From the NCBI GenBank assembly GCA_034665685.1, contig JAXDJL010000160.1:1-31027 (forward strand): a DNA stretch of 31,027 bases. The letters are read 5' to 3'. The stretch is from Actinomycetota bacterium. GTDB taxonomy: Bacteria > Actinomycetota > CADDZG01 > WHSQ01. The notes under the pieces are model-generated. The model searched no databases and was not told the origin of the DNA. It saw only the letters and a program-made list of their open reading frames with translations. How positions within the stretch are numbered: position 1 is the first letter of the stretch; each line of letters begins with the position of its first letter. The translations under genes and the position numbers were made by a program. Positions 25,818-31,027 of this stretch are shown here, in pieces.

Positions 25818-26425
25818 GTTGTTCGGCGACCGAAGATGCGCTTCAAGAACCTAGTGAAAGCCCGGAACAGGGCACCGAGCAGAAGGCGTCCACCCTTGAG
25901 CGGAGGGGCGGCCGTGGGGGGAGATTGCATTTGGGGTTGCGAGGCCGGGTCTCCGGCCGACACGCCCGGCTGCGCAGGAACGATCTCGAGCTTGCTCGCT
26001 ACGCAGCGGGCGAAATCGTCGATCATGCGCGAGGAAACATCTTCGATCATCCCCCTGCCGTACTGCGCGACCGCCCCCGCGAGTTTCAGGTCCGTGCTGA
26101 TCGATACCCTGGTGCCCTGCTCGTAAGCCTCCAGCACGGACACGACCGTTGCTTGCGCGCTCCCCTTCCCGCGGGTCTCCTTGCCCTTAGCTCGAAGTGA
26201 CACGCGACGCGACGCGACGTCGCGTTCCTCGAGTTCGACTTCGCCGGCGAACGATAGGCGGATGGGCCCCAACTTGACCGACATCTTGCCCTTCCAGTGG
26301 GAGTCATCGACCACCTCTGTTAACTCCGCTCCGGCGACGCAGGGGACGATGCGCTCCACATCGAGGAGCAGCTCCCACGTCTCCTCAGGGGGCGCAGGCA
26401 CTATGAATTCGTTCTTTATCTCCAC
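25814..26425 (-). CDS. coxG: CoxG/SRPBCC family protein
   Basis: PEETWELLLDVERIVPCVAGAEL, GKMSVKLGPI, AQYGRGMIEDV; Pro/Ala-rich linker and basic amphipathic C-terminus. Confidence 0.9.
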   Translation of the reverse strand: MEIKNEFIVPAPPEETWELLLDVERIVPCVAGAELTEVVDDSHWKGKMSVKLGPIRLSFAGEVELEERDVASRRVSLRAKGKETRGKGSAQATVVSVLEAYEQGTRVSISTDLKLAGAVAQYGRGMIEDVSSRMIDDFARCVASKLEIVPAQPGVSAGDPASQPQMQSPPTAAPPLKGGRLLLGALFRAFTRFLKRIFGRRTT

Positions 26426-26443
26426 CTGGATACGACTCTTTCG

Positions 26444-27949
26444 TCAGTTCGTCGGGAAGCCGAGGTTGACCGAGCTTCCTTGGGTATCCGGCCACCGTGC
26501 AGTCACGGCTTTGGTCCGGGTGTAGAAGTTGATGCCCTCTTTCCCGTGTACATGTGAGTCTCCGAACAACGATTGCTTCCAACCGCCGAAGGAGAAGAAG
26601 GCCATGGGAACGGGGATGGGAATATTGATTCCCACCATCCCTACTTCAACCTCGTTCTGGAAGTGACGGGCGGCGGCGCCGTCCGAAGTGAAGATCGCCG
26701 TTCCGTTCCCATACTCGTTCTTGTTGATCAGCTGTATGGCCTCAGCGAGTGACTCGACGCGTAGCACGCTGAGGACCGGGCCGAAGATCTCATTGCGATG
26801 TATCTCCATCTCTGGGCGAACGTCGTCGAACAACGTTGGGCCCAGCCAGAAACCTTCGGAGCCGGGAGCTGCTGGAACCTCGGGCGACCGGCCGTCCACC
26901 ACCAGGCGGGCGCCTTCGCCCCGACCGGTCTCGACGAACGCTGCGACGCGATCGCGATGCTCACCGGTAACCAACGGCCCCATGTCCGCCGCTTCGTCCG
27001 AGGCCGGCCCAAGCTTGATCTCGCCGATCCGCTGCACCAACCGGTCGATCAGGGGGTCCGCGGCGTCACCGACGGCCACGATCGCGGAGATCGCCATGCA
27101 ACGTTGCCCGCTCGACCCGTATCCCGCGGAAACAGCAGCATCTGCGGCGAAGTCCAGGTCGGCGTCGGGCATCACGACCATGTGGTTCTTCGCGCCGCCA
27201 AGAGCCTGAACGCGCTTCCCGTGCTCGGCAGCCGTCTGATAGATGTGGCGGGCCACGGGGGTAGACCCGACCGAAGATACAGCCGCCACGTCCGGGTGCT
27301 CTAGCAAGCGATCGACCGCTACCCGGTCCCCCTGGATCACATTGAAGACTCCTTCGGGAAGCCCCGCTTCGTGGAACCATTCGGCGAGAAGCAGGGCTGC
27401 GGAAGGGTCCTTCTCGGACGGCTTTAGGACGAACGTGTTCCCGCATGCGATGGCTATGGGGAACATCCACATCGGAACCATCACCGGGAAGTTGAACGGC
27501 GTGATGCCCGCGACTACCCCGACAGGCTGCCGGATCGAATAGGCATCGATCGACCTAGACACGTTCTCGGAGAAGTCGCCCTTCAGGAGATGCGGGATAC
27601 CACAAGCGAATTCGACAACCTCCTGGCCGCGCGCAACCTCGCCCATCGCGTCGGACAGCACTTTGCCGTGTTCGGAGGAGATGACTCGGGCAAGATCCTT
27701 GCCCCGCTCATCCAGGATCCCGCGATACGCGAACAAGATGCGAGTCCGACGGGTCAGCGGGGAATCCCTCCACGAATCGAACGCTCGGGCAGCGGAGTGC
27801 ACCGCGGCGTCGACTTCGTCGGGCGATGCGAACGCCACCTCGGCCTGAACGGCACCGGTAGCGGGATCGAAGACGGGACCGGACCTGTCGGCGCGCCCGG
27901 CCTGGCGTTTCCCATCGATCCAATGAGGGATCAGCACTCTCTCCGTCAC
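26444..27949 (-). CDS. mmsA: CoA-acylating (methyl)malonate-semialdehyde dehydrogenase
   Basis: GITPFNFPVMVPMWMFP, LKPSEKDP, QALGGAKNH, GSSGQRCMA, EIFGPVL, GGWKQSLFGD; AGGAGG RBS before GTG. Confidence 0.94.
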   Translation of the reverse strand: MTERVLIPHWIDGKRQAGRADRSGPVFDPATGAVQAEVAFASPDEVDAAVHSAARAFDSWRDSPLTRRTRILFAYRGILDERGKDLARVISSEHGKVLSDAMGEVARGQEVVEFACGIPHLLKGDFSENVSRSIDAYSIRQPVGVVAGITPFNFPVMVPMWMFPIAIACGNTFVLKPSEKDPSAALLLAEWFHEAGLPEGVFNVIQGDRVAVDRLLEHPDVAAVSSVGSTPVARHIYQTAAEHGKRVQALGGAKNHMVVMPDADLDFAADAAVSAGYGSSGQRCMAISAIVAVGDAADPLIDRLVQRIGEIKLGPASDEAADMGPLVTGEHRDRVAAFVETGRGEGARLVVDGRSPEVPAAPGSEGFWLGPTLFDDVRPEMEIHRNEIFGPVLSVLRVESLAEAIQLINKNEYGNGTAIFTSDGAAARHFQNEVEVGMVGINIPIPVPMAFFSFGGWKQSLFGDSHVHGKEGINFYTRTKAVTARWPDTQGSSVNLGFPTN

Positions 27950-27986
27950 GGCGCCTCCTACTCGCGCCTAGTCGCGGCGCATGATT

Positions 27987-28004
27987 TGTCTTAAGCTCAA
28001 ACCA
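27987..28004. promoter_or_regulatory. Weak candidate operator upstream of mmsA-coxG-coxM-coxS
   Basis: TGTCTTAAGCTCAAACCA, only 11/18; overlaps the minus-strand TATGGT -10-like box (28006-28001). Confidence 0.35.
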
Positions 28005-28060
28005 TATATGAACACGATTCCGAGACTCCTGGGCCCCCTTGGTCAATTTTCGTTACAGCG

Positions 28061-28253
28061 GTGGTGAGCCGGGTCGGTTGCTGGATCCCCTCCTACACGT
28101 ACCGAGAACTCTCGTACGAACGGGTCGATAACTCGGTTCGCAACTTCAGCATCAAGTCGAACGATCTAGGGCTGGACCTGTGAGTGATCGACCACCTGCT
28201 CCATGCCGATGGCCTCTACGGGGTGTCGTGGCTCGAGCCGGATGGCGACCCTC
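28061..28253 (+). pseudogene. 5' remnant of a second copy of the LLM-1 gene
   Basis: VGCWIPSYTYRELSYERVDNSVRNFSIKSNDLGLDL*VIDHLLHADGLYGVSWLEP: 44/56 aa identical to 5297-6301; TGG>TGA at 28181; extra G at about 28241; homology ends after MATL. Confidence 0.93.
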
Positions 28254-28311
28254 TGTTCCTCGGTCGATTGGGACGAGTGCACATGAATAAATGTCTAGGA
28301 GGGAGCCACGA

Positions 28312-28734
28312 ATGAAAAGCGTTGCCAAGGAGATCATTGCTAAGGACATCGCTCCGCCGGCCTATCAGTACACGCATGGGCTGCGGGTCTCCGGAGCCGA
28401 CCTCTTGATTCTGTCAGGTCAGCTAGCGGTGGGGACCGATGGCGAATTGGTGGGCGCCGGAGACTTCGCCGCTCAAGCACATCAGGTTTTCCACAACATC
28501 GAAGTGGTGCTGAATGCCGGCGATGCATCTTTGGCCGATGTAGTGCGGTTCACCGTTTACCTAGTCCGGCCCGAGGACGGCCCGATATTCTGGGAGGTGA
28601 GGGAGCAGGTTTTCGCCAAGACATTCGGGTTGGATCAGCCCTTCCCCACGTCGACGATGATCTACGTGAGCGGCCTCGTGACTCCCGAGTTTCTCATCGA
28701 GATCGAAGCGACGGCGGCGGTAGCCCGTAATTGA
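28312..28734 (+). CDS. Rid (YjgF/YER057c/UK114) family protein lacking the catalytic Arg
   Basis: YTHG, LSGQ, QAHQVFHNIEVVL, FPTSTMIYVSGL, LIEIEA. Start moved to ATG 28312 (AGGAGG RBS). Confidence 0.9.
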   Translation: MKSVAKEIIAKDIAPPAYQYTHGLRVSGADLLILSGQLAVGTDGELVGAGDFAAQAHQVFHNIEVVLNAGDASLADVVRFTVYLVRPEDGPIFWEVREQVFAKTFGLDQPFPTSTMIYVSGLVTPEFLIEIEATAAVARN

Positions 28735-28890
28735 GAGGTCTCAACCACCCAGGGAATCCAACCCGACACACGCAAAGATCGGTCGCTCGTCCCAGGTCCG
28801 CGAGTTGGACGTCTGAAGACGCGCAGCGGTTTAGATATCCGCTCTAGCTCGGGCGACTCGGAAAGCCGTCCCCGCGGCTACCCTTGAGTG

Positions 28891-29175
28891 ATGGGTTGTC
28901 TCGCGGCGGTCCTCGTCCTAGCAGCACCGAGATTCGTGATGGTCATTCTCTGGATATTCACGAACTACCTGAGCCGCGCCTACGACAGCTGGCTGCTTCC
29001 CCTCATTGGGTTCTTCGTCCTTCCCACGACGACGCTTACCTACGCGATCGCCCAGAACAGCAGCAAGGGCGAGGGCATCCACGGTTTCGGATTCCTCCTC
29101 GTGATCCTGGGCGTGCTGTTCGACCTCGGAATCTGGGGCAGCGGGCGCGGCGCCTTCTCGACGCGCAAGGTCTAG
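28891..29175 (+). CDS. Small hypothetical membrane protein (about 3 TM)
   Basis: MGCLAAVLVLAAPRF...LLPLIGFFVLPTTTLTY...GVLFDLG; TACCCT 6 nt before the ATG suggests a leaderless transcript. Confidence 0.75.
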   Translation: MGCLAAVLVLAAPRFVMVILWIFTNYLSRAYDSWLLPLIGFFVLPTTTLTYAIAQNSSKGEGIHGFGFLLVILGVLFDLGIWGSGRGAFSTRKV

Positions 29176-29302
29176 CAGATCTCCCAAGAGCCTTCTGAAC
29201 GCCGGCAGGGGCCTCCGATTCAGCGGACTCATAGTCCGCGGCTTTCAAAGTGTTTTTGGAAAACCTCTTCATTTCTTGCTAGTCACCCACGCCGGGCGGC
29301 AG

Positions 29303-29343
29303 ATGGAATCCTCCGCCGTTCCCGTCACGGCGTGGGGTTCCAT
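29303..29343. terminator. Long stem-loop between convergent genes, probable bidirectional terminator
   Basis: ATGGAATCCT/GGGGTTCCAT (with G.U pairs) stacked on CGCCGT/ACGGCG, 7-nt loop; 24 nt past the PD40 gene stop. Confidence 0.6.
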
Positions 29344-29366
29344 ATCTGCAGATGCCACCTCGCCAA

Positions 29367-30395
29367 CTAAGGCGCCGGCGCCCAGTCGGGCGTTTCATCC
29401 GTGTAATCGTTCGTAGTGAGACGGCGCACTCCAGTGGCCTGCCCCGTACTGCCGAGATCAGCACTGTAGATCTCGCAGGTAGAGGTCACCGGCCCGCCTG
29501 TTGTAGCCGGAGCGCACCCCGTCCATACGATCTTCAACCCGTCTGGGGACCAGCTTCCCAACCACTCGGACGTTCGCCCATCGTCGGAAAAGTCAGTGGT
29601 ACCCGCACCACTGTTGGTGACAACGGCGGTGGCGGGCGTCTCGCTCTTTTCTCCTGTCGCTGGCATCCGGTAGAGGTCCCATTGGTCATCGATCTTGCGC
29701 GCAAACAAGATGCTCTGCCCATCTGGTGACCAATCCGGGTGTGCGTCGACACCGGAGTACCCCGGCGTTAGGTTGCGCCAGTCCTCGGGAGGCACCACTC
29801 CGTTTGAGTGCGGCAATGTGAAGATCGCTTGGTCGCCGGTCGAGTTCGACTGGAACGCGACGGTCCCGTCGACTGAAACCGAGGGTGCGCTCTCGTTGCC
29901 GGCCGCTGCCGTTAGTCGTGTCTCGAGCCGGCTTGAGAAGGTGTACTTGTAAAGGTCGGTGGTCCCGTTCGTCGTTCGCGTGAACAGGAGATAGCTCCCG
30001 TCGGGGGACCATGCGCCCGGCAGCTCTGTGGCAGAGTTGGTCGTGATGCGCGTGACGATTCCGGTGCTGAAGTCTTTGACATAAACGTCCTGGTTCCCAC
30101 CCCGCGTACTCATGAAGGCCAGTTTCAGGCCGTCACGGGACCACCTCGGACTCCAGTCCGTTAATGAGGTGTTGATGCTGGTGCTCTCAGCCTTCTTGCT
30201 CTTAGCTACAGGGCTCGCTAGTCGCTGGTTGGTTCCGTCTGCGTTCATCAGCCAGATGTCTTGTCCGTTGAGCGTGCGAGCGAAAGCGATCGTCCCATTG
30301 GAGGGCCCCGTCGCAAACGCCTGCCCGCTCGACATCGCCAGCGCTCCCGTAACCAACAAGCTCAACCCAGCTACTTTCCTGGAACGATTACCCAT
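29367..30395 (-). CDS. Secreted TolB-like PD40 beta-propeller protein
   Basis: Signal peptide MGNRSRKVAGLSLLVTGALAMSSGQAFA; about six WSPDG-type repeats. Start moved to ATG 30395 (GGGGGA RBS). Confidence 0.85.
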   Translation of the reverse strand: MGNRSRKVAGLSLLVTGALAMSSGQAFATGPSNGTIAFARTLNGQDIWLMNADGTNQRLASPVAKSKKAESTSINTSLTDWSPRWSRDGLKLAFMSTRGGNQDVYVKDFSTGIVTRITTNSATELPGAWSPDGSYLLFTRTTNGTTDLYKYTFSSRLETRLTAAAGNESAPSVSVDGTVAFQSNSTGDQAIFTLPHSNGVVPPEDWRNLTPGYSGVDAHPDWSPDGQSILFARKIDDQWDLYRMPATGEKSETPATAVVTNSGAGTTDFSDDGRTSEWLGSWSPDGLKIVWTGCAPATTGGPVTSTCEIYSADLGSTGQATGVRRLTTNDYTDETPDWAPAP

Positions 30396-30751
30396 TGCAG
30401 CTTCCCCCCAAGTCGCAGTCGTTTCCACTACGTTACGAATATCCGCTTCTTGAGGGAATAGTCCGTATGAGCCCTTTCGACGTCCGGTAATGACCATTTA
30501 GGAAGTGCTCTGAGGTCAGTGGGGACGGGACGTTATGCCCCTCACCCAATCAGCATCCAGGTGAGGGCAGCAACATCCCGTCGCGGGTCGAGCTGAGGAC
30601 GAGCCCTCGACTGAACAATCAGCTCCTGGGTTCACAATTCCCTTCGCTAGCTCCCCAACACTTGAAGTCCGAAGTGACCCGAAGGGGCTATTGCTCCCAT
30701 CCGCCCCATTTGATCAACTGGCCACACACCGACGCTCTTTGAGGGGGAGGC

Positions 30752-31027
30752 TTGCAAAGATTCAGGTCGTCGCCAGCGGCCGCGATCGCAGGCGTGCTCT
30801 GCGTCGGGGCATTACTCGCCCCAGGGTCCGCTGCAGCAACGACGGATAGCTCGGGGACCCGCGCCAGCGTACCGGGCGAACTTTCGATGGTCGTGATCAA
30901 CGCTCGTCAGCAGCAGCTCGACGTGGACGACGTGAGACTGGGCTCGCTGGTCTCACAGATTCGCGCCAGAGCAGTCGACCCCAACGACGGCCGGGCCATT
31001 GCGCCGGACGTCCTCGTGTTGAACGAG
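30752..31027 (+). CDS. Secreted endonuclease/exonuclease/phosphatase (EEP) family protein, 3'-truncated
   Basis: TTG start after GAGGGGGAGG; MQRFRSSPAAAIAGVLCVGALLAPGSAAA signal peptide; ELSMVVINA and APDVLVLNE match the first two EEP motifs; frame open to the window end; absent from the ORF track. Confidence 0.72.
   Translation, partial: MQRFRSSPAAAIAGVLCVGALLAPGSAAATTDSSGTRASVPGELSMVVINARQQQLDVDDVRLGSLVSQIRARAVDPNDGRAIAPDVLVLNE

Noticed and set aside
25014-26126. 370-aa plus-strand ORF
   Set aside because: Antisense shadow of coxM and coxG.
26417-26432. TATC-N8-GATA as another operator
   Set aside because: 16 bp instead of 18, weak core, and it overlaps the coxG start inside an operon.
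28181-28183. TGA as selenocysteine or programmed readthrough
   Set aside because: It aligns with a Trp TGG codon (one transition), and a frameshift and truncation follow.
29036-29272. 78-aa minus-strand ORF MKRFSKNTL...
   Set aside because: No RBS, and it overlaps the plus-strand membrane-protein gene.
30688-30900. 70-aa minus-strand ORF
   Set aside because: Overlaps the better-supported plus-strand EEP gene; no RBS or motif.
1-31027. tRNA, rRNA, CRISPR array, IS or integrase
   Set aside because: No cloverleaf, regularly spaced repeats, terminal inverted repeats or transposase/integrase motifs seen.

Overview
GC-rich bacterial window, probably Actinomycetota (inferred from the lipoprotein leaders, the LLM oxidoreductases and the TANNNT-type promoters). 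About 28 kb is one catabolic island. It encodes two ABC importers (RbsABC-type with a TorT-like binding protein; NitT/TauT-type with a THI5-like binding protein), an MFS and an EamA transporter, and a molybdenum hydroxylase whose large subunit lies 9 kb from coxG/M/S, plus XdhC and MocA. It also encodes two LLM oxidoreductases, an SDR, a Glu/Leu/Phe/Val dehydrogenase, a DapA-like aldolase, a (methyl)malonate-semialdehyde dehydrogenase, a Rid protein, and five unrelated C-N hydrolase folds (ureohydrolase, isochorismatase, pentein, DUF1989, M24). A PecS/TamR/HucR-type (urate-responsive class) MarR repressor sits inside the island. Reading the intergenic DNA by eye shows an 18-bp pseudo-palindrome (consensus TATCTYGACGTYAAGATA) at six promoter positions and weakly at a seventh, usually overlapping a recognisable -35, -10 or +1. 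This suggests a single regulon for an uncharacterised N-heterocycle or amidine/guanidine degradation pathway. A decayed second copy of one LLM gene, absent from the ORF track, lies at 28061-28253. The right end holds unrelated genes: a small membrane protein, a secreted PD40 propeller and a partial secreted EEP-family protein. I saw no tRNA, rRNA, CRISPR array or transposase. All assignments come from motif recognition, not database searches.
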